Part shown: positions 36,176 to 44,896 of the stretch, piece by piece
Position numbering within the stretch: the first letter of the stretch is position 1
Layout of the letters: the number at the start of each line of letters is the position of its first letter
IMG/VR virus record: IMGVR_UViG_3300020455_000616
Length of the DNA stretch: 64,000 bases
DNA from: a virus
Strand: one strand, 5' to 3'
Translations under genes and position numbers: made by a program
Notes under the pieces: generated by a model
The model's database searches: none
Seen by the model: the letters and a program-made list of their open reading frames with translations, nothing else
What the model was told of the DNA's origin: nothing

Positions 36176-38673
36176 TAGGTAAAAAACGCCTCCAGCGTTG
36201 CTGTTTTCTCTACACTCCAACCAATTGCATTAAGAATTGCTTTGAGAGGTTCTATAAAAGACTTCTCAAATTGTAAGTCATAGTCCACGTAATTATTCAA
36301 TTCAAGTTCCTTAGGAAAATCTTGAATGAATGACATTACATTCTCGTGAATTGGATTGGGTAATTTTAAATAACAAAATTTAACTTTTTCACCGTTACCG
36401 ATGAGTGAGTACTTTTTGTCTAACTTTTTCTTCTTAACATAATAGTTAAACAGTAAAGACCCCCGTATATGTATAGGAGTTCCTTTTGCATAGATGGAAT
36501 TTACTGCTCTATACTTCTCAACATTACTTGCAGATCTTGGAAACGAGATATCTTCTGGTGGAAGTTTTTTAAATTCTGTCCTAGACTTCTCAATAAAATC
36601 TATCACATCATCTTCTGTTCCATTCATTATAAGTTTAAGTGCATTCTTAATTAATGTCCTACAAGGTGCAGGTGTAGAAGACTTAACTGCTTCAATACCC
36701 ATCATCTTTAGTTTAGGTTCTTCATATCGAACACCCTCACTATCCCATACATTCAGGATGTATCTCTTCTTAGCAGTCCATATACCTCTCTCTGCGATAT
36801 TCTCTCGCTTCATCTGCATCTTCTGATCATATGCACTTACGTAGTCGGCCAATTCTTGGTAAGCACTCTCAATATAAGGCTCAAGTTTAGTTTCACACAC
36901 CTTGTCAAGGAACCCAACAACGACTTCATTAGTTTTCTCTCTGCCCTTGTATACAGTCTCAACCAAATCACCCATATTAAGATAAATGGAATCAGTATCT
37001 GAAGCAATAACATAATCTACATCCTCTGTTTTCAAAAGTTTATTCATATAGGCATTCATCTTATTCTCTATCCATCGAATAGAGACTTGCCCAGACAAAG
37101 TAATTGCCTCAGCATTTGCTAATTTAAAATACCTGAAGTACTGATTGCCGATAGCACCATAAGCAGAATTAAGAGAGATCTTTTTCGCCATTTGGATGTT
37201 GTTGCATCTTGCAATTTCCTTTTCCAATAATTCAGTGGGGGTCTTCTCATATGCTTGCTTTGCCTCCAACATTTTTTTCTTGAAGATAACTCTATCTCCG
37301 TACATCTTGTCCATAAGTTCAGGCAAGAACCCACGCACATCCTTCCTATATTGTGCTCCATTCGCACAAACTGCGTAATCTCCATCAAACTCACACTCTT
37401 TATTTAAGATCCTTTCAACGCTCGAATCGGGATGTCTAGTCTCCCTGAGGGTTTCTGGACTGATATTATATTGCATAATAAGATGAGGGTACAGACTGTT
37501 GAGGTCAAAACTAACCACCCAATCATACTTTCCTGGAATCGGTTCTTTAACATAAGCACCTGCGTATTTTGCGTCCTTATCAGTTTTAATTTTGGGAGGT
37601 ATAACAATACCTCTTTTCTTTAGGTAGTTATATATGATTGTATCCCACATACGAACCTGATAGAATACATCCTCATAATTCACCTTGGCTTCATATGCCA
37701 TAGTGAGAGCAAGTTCAATCAACTTCATCTTGCCTTCCATACGGTCAACAAGTTCAACGTCAATTATATTATACTCTACAAATTTTTTCCACCCTTGTGT
37801 GTAGAAGTCTTTAAATGTGTCGAATTCAGAGTGATCTAATTTCTTCTGACCGAGTTCTACACTTGCAATATAATCCAACCTATAAGACTCCTGTGCCTTA
37901 TAAGTAAACTTTTTATAGAGATCTAGATAATCTAACTGAGATACACCACCAATATCATAAGCAATCTGTTTTCTACCAGCAATGAAGACCTCATCTTCAG
38001 TTACTAATCCCCAAGGTGACAATCTCTTCTTAAGTTTTTCACCTAAAATACGATCTATTCTACGAACAATATATGGTATATCATACAGTTTACTATTCCA
38101 TCCAGTAATAACTTCTGGTGTATTCTCTTCTATCATCCACCAATTGATAAAATCATTTAGAAGATCATACTCATTATTAAATTGCTTGTAATATAGATTC
38201 TCTTGATGTGCCTTAAATGGACCATTGCCCCAAGTAATAATCTCTTTGGTAGCATAGTCTTGAATTGATATAAGAAGTATCTCTTCAGCAGCAGATTCTA
38301 CATCAGGGAATCCTTGCTCAGATTTAACCTCAATATCAATAGTTACTAACTTAATTTTATTAATATCAAACTTGAGTTCATCAGCAGGATACTTCTCAGA
38401 TATGTACTGGTAAATAAATCTTTCATTACCATACACATCAAAACCTGGTACAGGTTCGTACTTCTTTATAAACTCTCTAGTCTCACGAACAGTTCCAGGT
38501 TTAACAGGTGCTACCTGCGTACCATCAAGAGTCCTATAGTGGGTTTTCTTCTTAGGTGATTCAACAAAAAGAGTTGGGTAAAACTTCTCACGGGTTGCGA
38601 AGTGTTTACCATCTTCATAACCACGAACAAGGAAGTTATCCCCAACCATTTGAACGTTCGTATAGAACCTCAT
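36175..38673 (-). CDS. g43: family B DNA polymerase (T4 gp43)
   Basis: DIE exonuclease motif, FDLNSLYP, KISLNSAYG, DTDS; no intein. Confidence 0.98.
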   Translation of the reverse strand: MRFYTNVQMVGDNFLVRGYEDGKHFATREKFYPTLFVESPKKKTHYRTLDGTQVAPVKPGTVRETREFIKKYEPVPGFDVYGNERFIYQYISEKYPADELKFDINKIKLVTIDIEVKSEQGFPDVESAAEEILLISIQDYATKEIITWGNGPFKAHQENLYYKQFNNEYDLLNDFINWWMIEENTPEVITGWNSKLYDIPYIVRRIDRILGEKLKKRLSPWGLVTEDEVFIAGRKQIAYDIGGVSQLDYLDLYKKFTYKAQESYRLDYIASVELGQKKLDHSEFDTFKDFYTQGWKKFVEYNIIDVELVDRMEGKMKLIELALTMAYEAKVNYEDVFYQVRMWDTIIYNYLKKRGIVIPPKIKTDKDAKYAGAYVKEPIPGKYDWVVSFDLNSLYPHLIMQYNISPETLRETRHPDSSVERILNKECEFDGDYAVCANGAQYRKDVRGFLPELMDKMYGDRVIFKKKMLEAKQAYEKTPTELLEKEIARCNNIQMAKKISLNSAYGAIGNQYFRYFKLANAEAITLSGQVSIRWIENKMNAYMNKLLKTEDVDYVIASDTDSIYLNMGDLVETVYKGREKTNEVVVGFLDKVCETKLEPYIESAYQELADYVSAYDQKMQMKRENIAERGIWTAKKRYILNVWDSEGVRYEEPKLKMMGIEAVKSSTPAPCRTLIKNALKLIMNGTEDDVIDFIEKSRTEFKKLPPEDISFPRSASNVEKYRAVNSIYAKGTPIHIRGSLLFNYYVKKKKLDKKYSLIGNGEKVKFCYLKLPNPIHENVMSFIQDFPKELELNNYVDYDLQFEKSFIEPLKAILNAIGWSVEKTATLEAFFT

Positions 38674-38948
38674 TACGAGTTCAGACTTTCATATGTGTCT
38701 TTTATTTTACCAAGTGGTTCACATATAGTCAAGATCTTTTCAGAACTAATCATAAATTCTTTTTGATTTGTTAGTTCGCCCATCCAAGGTTGTAAGGTAG
38801 CGTTACCGTTTGCTTGAGGAACAATATTGTATGGGTTCTTGATTTTACAATCAGGTTCTCCTATGTCTGCTCCAACTTCTTCAATTTCAGCAACGATTGT
38901 ACCTCCAGTATGGAATACAATTAATTGTGGTTTAAGTTCATCTGCCAT
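38673..38948 (-). CDS. hypothetical protein (small beta-barrel paralogue family)
   Basis: TGGTIVAEI...IKNPY...LQPW; similar to 38949 and 43091 ORFs. Confidence 0.7.
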   Translation of the reverse strand: MADELKPQLIVFHTGGTIVAEIEEVGADIGEPDCKIKNPYNIVPQANGNATLQPWMGELTNQKEFMISSEKILTICEPLGKIKDTYESLNS

Positions 38949-39293
38949 TTAATTATCCTCTTCAGGGATTACGAGTGTTTTTTCTTGGGTGTCTTCTTTT
39001 TCCTTTAGAACATCATTCATATACATTGATGATAGTTCATCAACTGGATCTATAAATGTAACAATCCAATCTAAAGGTACTGGGAACCTAGTTCCTTTAC
39101 CTAAAGGAATCCAAGGTGCTAATTTAATATCAAAAGAAGCACCACCACTTTCTTTATTAACGATAGGTTCTGATGTATTGACAACACATGGTTTGATAAA
39201 GAAGTATCCAACAACCTTATCTTCCAGTATCATTTCTTCTACCTTGGTAATAATCTGTTCACCAGTTTTTATTACTGCTAGTTTATTTGCCAT
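38949..39293 (-). CDS. hypothetical protein (small beta-barrel paralogue family)
   Basis: KTGEQIITKV...IKPC...LAPW...IVTFIDP. Confidence 0.7.
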   Translation of the reverse strand: MANKLAVIKTGEQIITKVEEMILEDKVVGYFFIKPCVVNTSEPIVNKESGGASFDIKLAPWIPLGKGTRFPVPLDWIVTFIDPVDELSSMYMNDVLKEKEDTQEKTLVIPEEDN

Positions 39294-39314
39294 AATGGTT
39301 TATCTTATATCGGT

Positions 39315-39343
39315 ATTATACTGCCAATAAAAAGGGGTGTCAA
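39315..39343 (-). promoter_or_regulatory. consensus sigma70 promoter TTGACA-17-TATAAT
   Basis: -35 39338-39343, -10 39315-39320. Confidence 0.85.
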
Positions 39344-39365
39344 CTGGATTTTGCCAGTACACCCC
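39329..39365 (-). terminator. intrinsic terminator after hsp20
   Basis: GGGGTGT-ACTGG-CAAAAT-CCAGT-TG-ACACCCC followed by TTTTT. Confidence 0.8.
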
Positions 39366-39392
39366 ATTGCGGCGAACGATATTCGTTTTTAT

Positions 39393-39821
39393 TTATAGAT
39401 AATCTTTCCGAGCATGATGATCAGGAATAACTTTTCCTAATTCTACAACCAGTAATCCGTCAGAGAATCCGACTCTTCTAATTTCGGTATCATCTGTGAT
39501 TGTCCAGACCCTAGAGAAAGACCGCTTGGCCAATCCTTTATGGACAAAGCTCTCATCTGTTTCTGATTCTTCTTTCTTGCCTTCCACATATAGTTTTCCA
39601 AACTCCGTGAAGACTTTAAGCTCATCTTTCTTAAACCCCGCAAGTGCGACTTCCAATCTTGATTCGACATTATTTACCTGTATTAAATTATATGGGGGAT
39701 AGTTTGATGTGGTCTCATTCATGAACCGATCAAAATAATCGTCCATCCCTATACTGTTCTTCAAAATTCTATCGAACAGTTGTGGCATATCTGCCGTATG
39801 AAAACGTGTTAGGTTAGTCAT
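39393..39821 (-). CDS. hsp20: small heat shock protein (Hsp20/IbpA-like)
   Basis: YPPYNLI, LEVALAGF, HKGLAKRSF, DGLL; SD AGGAG. Confidence 0.95.
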   Translation of the reverse strand: MTNLTRFHTADMPQLFDRILKNSIGMDDYFDRFMNETTSNYPPYNLIQVNNVESRLEVALAGFKKDELKVFTEFGKLYVEGKKEESETDESFVHKGLAKRSFSRVWTITDDTEIRRVGFSDGLLVVELGKVIPDHHARKDYL

Positions 39822-39927
39822 GGTTCTCCTTTAAAAGCGAGTGTGTTTTTTGTCCCCGAAGGCGACACTATTATTTAAACACAACCACTAAAAAGATACA
39901 ATCGGATAACCAGAATTTTTTATTCGG

Positions 39928-40479
39928 TTAAACGAATGGTGGACCCCAGACCCAAGTAATTAAAACTTTTCTACTACCTTTTTGTACGGTCTTTACCCTA
40001 TGATAAAGGTACGGTGGGAATATATGAACGAGACCACGTTCTTTAGGAACCTGTACATCTGGGAATAGTTCAAACTCTCCACCTTCATATTCTGAAGGAT
40101 CACTTAGTTGAACTACTACTGTAAATTTTCTAGCAGGGGTAGGGCAGTTAGTATAATCAATATGCCAATTATATTCTGAACCAACATCATAACAAGCATA
40201 CTGAATGATCTCATCAAGTTGATTTATATTAAACCTATAATACTCATTGTTTAATTGGTGAACAACTTTAACTAATTGAGAGAATAACCAATGACTATTA
40301 TCATTATAGTCAATATTAGTTGTCCAAGATTTTTTAACATCATCATTAAATTGTGTACCAGAATTCATATCAACCATATCTTCTATACTATCTAATTGTT
40401 CTTTAGTAAAAACATTAGATGCATAAACAAAGGGACATGTTGCTCCTTTTGGTGGATTTAATGGTGGTATAGGAATCAA
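39928..40479 (-). CDS. 2OG-Fe(II) oxygenase (PKHD type)
   Basis: YNWHID, RKFTVVV, YEGGEF, FPPYLYHRV, GSRKVLITW. Confidence 0.9.
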   Translation of the reverse strand: MIPIPPLNPPKGATCPFVYASNVFTKEQLDSIEDMVDMNSGTQFNDDVKKSWTTNIDYNDNSHWLFSQLVKVVHQLNNEYYRFNINQLDEIIQYACYDVGSEYNWHIDYTNCPTPARKFTVVVQLSDPSEYEGGEFELFPDVQVPKERGLVHIFPPYLYHRVKTVQKGSRKVLITWVWGPPFV

Positions 40480-40482
40480 AAT

Positions 40483-40719
40483 TTAATAATCAAATTCATC
40501 AAGTATATCTAGAGCATTATTCAATACACGTTGTGCTGCCCAACGTTCTTTATCATCCCATTCAGGATACCATACTTTATTATCAATCCCCTTTTTTATA
40601 CTAAGGAGTCTTGATTCCATGTCTACTTTTTTAAGTCTTCCGTTCATATATGTCCTGTATAAATTGTCTGGCCAAGAACAGGTTAATGGACAAGCTGATA
40701 CTGTCATGCTCGATACCAA
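40483..40719 (-). CDS. small hypothetical protein
   Basis: ORF ending LNNALDILDEFDY; true start may be 40707 or 40647 (MNGRL). Confidence 0.6.
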   Translation of the reverse strand: MVSSMTVSACPLTCSWPDNLYRTYMNGRLKKVDMESRLLSIKKGIDNKVWYPEWDDKERWAAQRVLNNALDILDEFDY

Positions 40720-40744
40720 TTATTATAACATATTTATTTTACAA

Positions 40745-41185
40745 TTACTCTTTAGTCTCTTCTTTTTTCTTGGAACCAATATTATATTTTTGTTCCAGGA
40801 TCCATTCACCCTTATCTTTATATGCTAATACCTTAATTTGATTTAACGGAGCAACATCTACTATAGACTCTGCGTTAACTACACTAATGAGACCCCAATC
40901 AGAAAGCAAGCGAGCGATACGATTCCGACGCTGAACGTCGTTAAGAGTAAGGTTAGCGTGTTTTCCATCTAATGCGAATAATTCTTTGAAGTGAGTAATA
41001 TAATATCTACCTTGCTTATGAAGAATATGGCAGGATTGATATAATTTTTTCTCCTTCCGAGATGCCACTCCGATTCTTGTTAAGGTCTCTCTAACCTTTA
41101 AAAAATCATCTGGTTCGTTAAGCATAACTTCCACCATCATTTCAGGTTTCCAGTTAACTTGTGGTTCAATAGTACTAGTAGTCAT
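40745..41185 (-). CDS. regA: translational repressor RegA
   Basis: DDFLKVRETLTRIG, LYQSCHILHKQGRYYI.HFKELF.LDG. Confidence 0.97.
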   Translation of the reverse strand: MTTSTIEPQVNWKPEMMVEVMLNEPDDFLKVRETLTRIGVASRKEKKLYQSCHILHKQGRYYITHFKELFALDGKHANLTLNDVQRRNRIARLLSDWGLISVVNAESIVDVAPLNQIKVLAYKDKGEWILEQKYNIGSKKKEETKE

Positions 41186-41565
41186 GTCATTCCACCAATG
41201 TCAAGTCGTTGTTTAATAAAATCGAGTTGTTGTTTAGACAAAATATTCAACGCTTGCATTGCTTTTTCATTACTATATCCATAGTATTGTTTAACAAGGT
41301 CAAGGTTACTAATCTTATCTTTTCGCATCCACGGAGAGAATCTCTTCCGTTTCCTCAGACTATTTAGATAAAATTTATATTGCATGTCCTTATCTATGGA
41401 AGGATATTTGTTCATTTCATTAGCAAAGAGTATGCAATCTAGGTGTCCAGATAAACATTTGTTGATAATAAATGGTGGATAAGATTTAATAGCATCAGGA
41501 TCTTCAGTTAAATTTTCTTTAGTATGATTAATTGAATTTAACCAATCCTTCAATTCAATCTTCAT
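41182..41565 (-). CDS. g62: clamp loader small subunit (T4 gp62)
   Basis: YPPFIINKCLS, LRKRKRFSPW, VKQYYGYSNEKA. Confidence 0.92.
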   Translation of the reverse strand: MKIELKDWLNSINHTKENLTEDPDAIKSYPPFIINKCLSGHLDCILFANEMNKYPSIDKDMQYKFYLNSLRKRKRFSPWMRKDKISNLDLVKQYYGYSNEKAMQALNILSKQQLDFIKQRLDIGGMT

Positions 41566-41713
41566 TAAATGACTCCATTATCGCATTAACACCTACGACT
41601 GTGGCATTTGGATTTCTTGCAAGAGCAACCTTTCTTGCTTCCTGATAATCTCTGGCATATACATCCTCATTAAAGAGTGTGCCAGCAACATACAATTGAA
41701 CTCTACATTTCAT
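41555..41713 (-). CDS. 52 aa hypothetical protein (missed by ORF track)
   Basis: MKCRVQLYVAGTLFNEDVYARDYQEARKVALARNPNATVVGVNAIMESFNED*; fills the gap exactly with overlaps at both ends. Confidence 0.75.
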   Translation of the reverse strand: MKCRVQLYVAGTLFNEDVYARDYQEARKVALARNPNATVVGVNAIMESFNED

Positions 41714-42573
41714 TTAAAGAACTCCATTAAACTACTCCTTTCATAATTTAGTAATAGTAACTCTTTACGAGTACTTTGATCACCCATGTAATCTCCTGTA
41801 GATCTCATGGTATATGTTAGTTCATATTCTGCTGCATCCCAACCAGCAAATCTATCCTTTACTAATTGAGAATTATTATATGATACTAATTGGTGAGACT
41901 CACATGCCTCACAATCTTCTGCAAATTTATCATGGTCGAATGTCTTATGCATTCCACCTTTCTTACCATATAGATTATCCTTAATATCATAAGGAGGATC
42001 TAAGTATATAAAAGAATCCATTCCATCTATCAACACCTCTTCATAAGAATAATTTGTTATAACCCAATTGGATATTAACTCTTGATATTCTGGAAGTTTT
42101 TCAATTCCTCTAACTGTAAAGTTGGAGGTACTTGCCTGAGGTGAGAAGGACGAGGACTCAGTAAGACCACTAAAACTGCACTTATTGATAATATAAAAAT
42201 TGATCGCAGTATCCAAGGCGGTAATTTCTTCTGCACTGATAGTCTCCTTTGCGTTCTTAAAAAGTTCTTTTGCTTTGTCTGGTGTATTGTGTTCCTCTTT
42301 GAGTTCTAACAATCTATCAGACATAACATCTCCAGATTCCTGAAGTTGCTGCCAAAATGTTGCTAATGGTTTGTATAAATCATTTACCCAGATAGGTAAA
42401 TTAGGATACAACTTAGTAACGTGTATAGCAAAAGACCCACCCCCAATAAAGGGTTCTCTATATTGCTCATAGGTTGCCAAGTTAGGTAGGTACTTCTCCA
42501 TCTTTATACAAGCACGAGACTTACCACCAGGATACCTTAGAGGTGTTTTAAGAGACTTCAGGGACTTATTCAT
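41710..42573 (-). CDS. dam: Dam-like DNA adenine methyltransferase (D12 class)
   Basis: LRYPGGKSR, EPFIGGG SAM motif, YLDPPY catalytic motif. Confidence 0.92.
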   Translation of the reverse strand: MNKSLKSLKTPLRYPGGKSRACIKMEKYLPNLATYEQYREPFIGGGSFAIHVTKLYPNLPIWVNDLYKPLATFWQQLQESGDVMSDRLLELKEEHNTPDKAKELFKNAKETISAEEITALDTAINFYIINKCSFSGLTESSSFSPQASTSNFTVRGIEKLPEYQELISNWVITNYSYEEVLIDGMDSFIYLDPPYDIKDNLYGKKGGMHKTFDHDKFAEDCEACESHQLVSYNNSQLVKDRFAGWDAAEYELTYTMRSTGDYMGDQSTRKELLLLNYERSSLMEFFK

Positions 42574-43091
42574 AGAATGCTATTTAAAGATTCTAGAAGT
42601 TCATCAGCAGTAATATTCTTTTCAGTTGGTTTAACATTCTCAGCAAGCATAGTGAAGTCACCTGCTTGAAGTTTAAATGTTGCACCTGCTCCATCAAGTT
42701 TGGATCTACTCTCAACAACATCCCATGTAGTAACACCAAGACTCATGTTCTTAGTATCAACTAAAAGCATATACTCAAAGGTTTTCTCCAAGTTTTGTTT
42801 GCTGCGACCAGGCATATTGTTCTTCAATATAACTTGTTTGCATGATCCATTCTTATTAAATAATCCCAAAGAACCTTTCATCTCATAAGGGACTCCATTA
42901 TTATCAACGAAGTCTTGACCATCTGCATAGTTACCAACATAAGTTAGTTGACCACCAGAATGCTTCTCAAAAGACTTCTCCTGTAGATAAGTCCTAAGAG
43001 GACGAAAGGCGTTAGTTTTTAGTTCTGTTGTATTAGTTGCATCAACACAACCAAAAAAACTATTCAAATCACAAAGGTTAATGTCAATCAT
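42570..43091 (-). CDS. hypothetical protein, candidate PD-(D/E)xK endonuclease
   Basis: QEKS helix, GQDF...YEMKG core, FEYMLLVD strand; adjacent to a methylase. Confidence 0.45.
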   Translation of the reverse strand: MIDINLCDLNSFFGCVDATNTTELKTNAFRPLRTYLQEKSFEKHSGGQLTYVGNYADGQDFVDNNGVPYEMKGSLGLFNKNGSCKQVILKNNMPGRSKQNLEKTFEYMLLVDTKNMSLGVTTWDVVESRSKLDGAGATFKLQAGDFTMLAENVKPTEKNITADELLESLNSIL

Positions 43092-43417
43092 TAGGGAACA
43101 ATAATACCGTCTTGTACGGAGTCAGGGGTTACAATTTTACTAAACTGATTTACGTAATGATCTATTAATGCAGGATTAGGATCACCAACATAAACAACAT
43201 TACTCTTGCTAATTGTTATATCCTCAACAGGACTAGCAAGAAGAGGAGTCCATGATGCAAATCCAATGTTACCATCCTTAGTTGGAACTGCTACGATTCC
43301 TCCACGAATAGTAACTGAATCATCAGTCTCTTCTAGTAAATCTGCTACAACATCTTCTGTTGTTGTTAGACGAACAACTTTAACGTTCATCTCTTTTCTT
43401 GATCTTGGTTCAGTCAT
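43091..43417 (-). CDS. hypothetical protein (small beta-barrel paralogue family)
   Basis: VVRLTTTEDVVADL...IGFASW...VVYVGDP. Confidence 0.7.
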   Translation of the reverse strand: MTEPRSRKEMNVKVVRLTTTEDVVADLLEETDDSVTIRGGIVAVPTKDGNIGFASWTPLLASPVEDITISKSNVVYVGDPNPALIDHYVNQFSKIVTPDSVQDGIIVP

Positions 43418-44358
43418 TTGAATTTACATTCACACATTAGTTCGGTTAATGCCGCTAAGAGATTAATCTCTTGATCTGCAACAAACGCTATCTGATATTG
43501 ATACTTTGCAATAATCAGAACTGCGGCAGGTATGCTGCTAGGTTCCAAAGAATCGTACATACAATCGTAGATTCTTCTAAGAATAAGAGCAGGGTCATTG
43601 TCTAAGTTTTGAACGACCCATTTACGGACTTCCGTAAAATTCTTAGTCTTTAAATGTTTAACTAGATCCTCAGTCTTTACATCCCCAAAGGTTGCAAGGA
43701 TTGCAGAATCTATCTTTCCACTTACAGAGTATCGTTGACACTCGTTGAGGACTCTTCTCCAGTCAGGGAAGTGTTTGTTGATAAGTTCAGCAAGTACTTT
43801 CTTATCAGCATCTACCTTCTCTAGTTCTAGAATAGTTACTAATCTTCCGAAGAATTTTGCTGCAATTTCTTGTTTAAGTTTACCCTGAATACCAAACTCC
43901 ACCACAGAACATCTCGAATGGAGGGGTTCAATGATTTTATTTTTGTAGTTGCAAGTGAAAATGAATCTGCAGTTGTTGGAGAACTCCTCAATAGACGCTC
44001 TAAGAAGGAGTTGTACGTCGGAAGTGGTATTGTCTGCTTCGTCGATGATGATGACTTTATGCTTTGCCTCAGACGATAAAGAGACTGTTGCTGCGAAGTT
44101 CTTTGCATTGTTCCGAACAGTGTCAAGAAACCTGCCTTCATCCGATCCATTAATGACATAAGAATCTACTCCTAATTGATCACACAGTGCTTTAGCAACT
44201 GTTGTTTTACCACACCCTGCGGGACCAGAAAGAAGTAAGTTTGGTACTTCTCCTGCGTCTAAGAACTCAAGAAAAGTTTTCTTAATACTCTCAGGTAAAA
44301 TACATTCTTCAATTGTCTTGGGTCGATACTTCTCAACCCAAAGGAATTCATCCCTCAT
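43414..44358 (-). CDS. g44: clamp loader large subunit (T4 gp44)
   Basis: WVEKYRP, GPAGCGKT, IIDEAD, SRC motif. Confidence 0.97.
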   Translation of the reverse strand: MRDEFLWVEKYRPKTIEECILPESIKKTFLEFLDAGEVPNLLLSGPAGCGKTTVAKALCDQLGVDSYVINGSDEGRFLDTVRNNAKNFAATVSLSSEAKHKVIIIDEADNTTSDVQLLLRASIEEFSNNCRFIFTCNYKNKIIEPLHSRCSVVEFGIQGKLKQEIAAKFFGRLVTILELEKVDADKKVLAELINKHFPDWRRVLNECQRYSVSGKIDSAILATFGDVKTEDLVKHLKTKNFTEVRKWVVQNLDNDPALILRRIYDCMYDSLEPSSIPAAVLIIAKYQYQIAFVADQEINLLAALTELMCECKFK

Positions 44359-44608
44359 AATTTCTCAATCTCACATAATATGGTGCTAGAGTCCAAGTAC
44401 TAAAAGTATCACCTGTAATACCTCTCTCTAGATTTAATTCTTGGAGCATACCCCAATCATCAGTGTCCCCAATAAGGATACGTACCCATTCTACACCATC
44501 TTCAAGCAATTGGACAGCTTTGTCTTGAGCATCTGTCCATTCATCATACTCTTGTTCACTTGTAATGTTCTTAGGATAAGAATCATCTAGTCCGCATACT
44601 TTGTACAT
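44348..44608 (-). CDS. hypothetical protein
   Basis: 86 aa acidic ORF in operon context. Confidence 0.65.
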   Translation of the reverse strand: MYKVCGLDDSYPKNITSEQEYDEWTDAQDKAVQLLEDGVEWVRILIGDTDDWGMLQELNLERGITGDTFSTWTLAPYYVRLRNYEG

Positions 44609-44780
44609 GATCAGGTGGGTTCCAATGACGGATTACTCCGCTAACAATAAAGCAATTAGTGACAAGATAAGAAAGAAAGATAATAGATCGTATAATGACA
44701 ATAATATCGTCATACTTCTTGGTCTTCGCATCAGAAAATGAACCTAATGCATACTTCCATATCTCCCATAATTTAATCAT
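44583..44780 (-). CDS. small membrane protein
   Basis: Start moved to MIKLWEIWKYALGSF; one TM; ends GVIRHW. Confidence 0.7.
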   Translation of the reverse strand: MIKLWEIWKYALGSFSDAKTKKYDDIIVIIRSIIFLSYLVTNCFIVSGVIRHWNPPDHVQSMRTR

Positions 44781-44896
44781 TTTAGAATTTCCATTATAGC
44801 ATAATAAACGAATACAAGTGATCCAAAACCACCTATACATAAAATCAATCCAAGAAATCCAAAGCAATCCAATTTAAATGGAGCATACTTTTTCAT
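44777..44896 (-). CDS. 39 aa single-TM microprotein (missed by ORF track)
   Basis: MKKYAPFKLDCFGFLGLILCIGGFGSLVFVYYAIMEILK*; ATGA overlaps at both ends. Confidence 0.65.
   Translation of the reverse strand: MKKYAPFKLDCFGFLGLILCIGGFGSLVFVYYAIMEILK

Noticed and set aside
7997-38673. Introns or inteins in nrdA, nrdB, g41, uvsX, g43
   Set aside because: All are uninterrupted, of normal length and lack intein or endonuclease insertions
44780-44867. Trp-rich N-terminal extension of ORF 44583-44867
   Set aside because: It starts at TTG without an SD, and a better coupled 39 aa ORF occupies another frame
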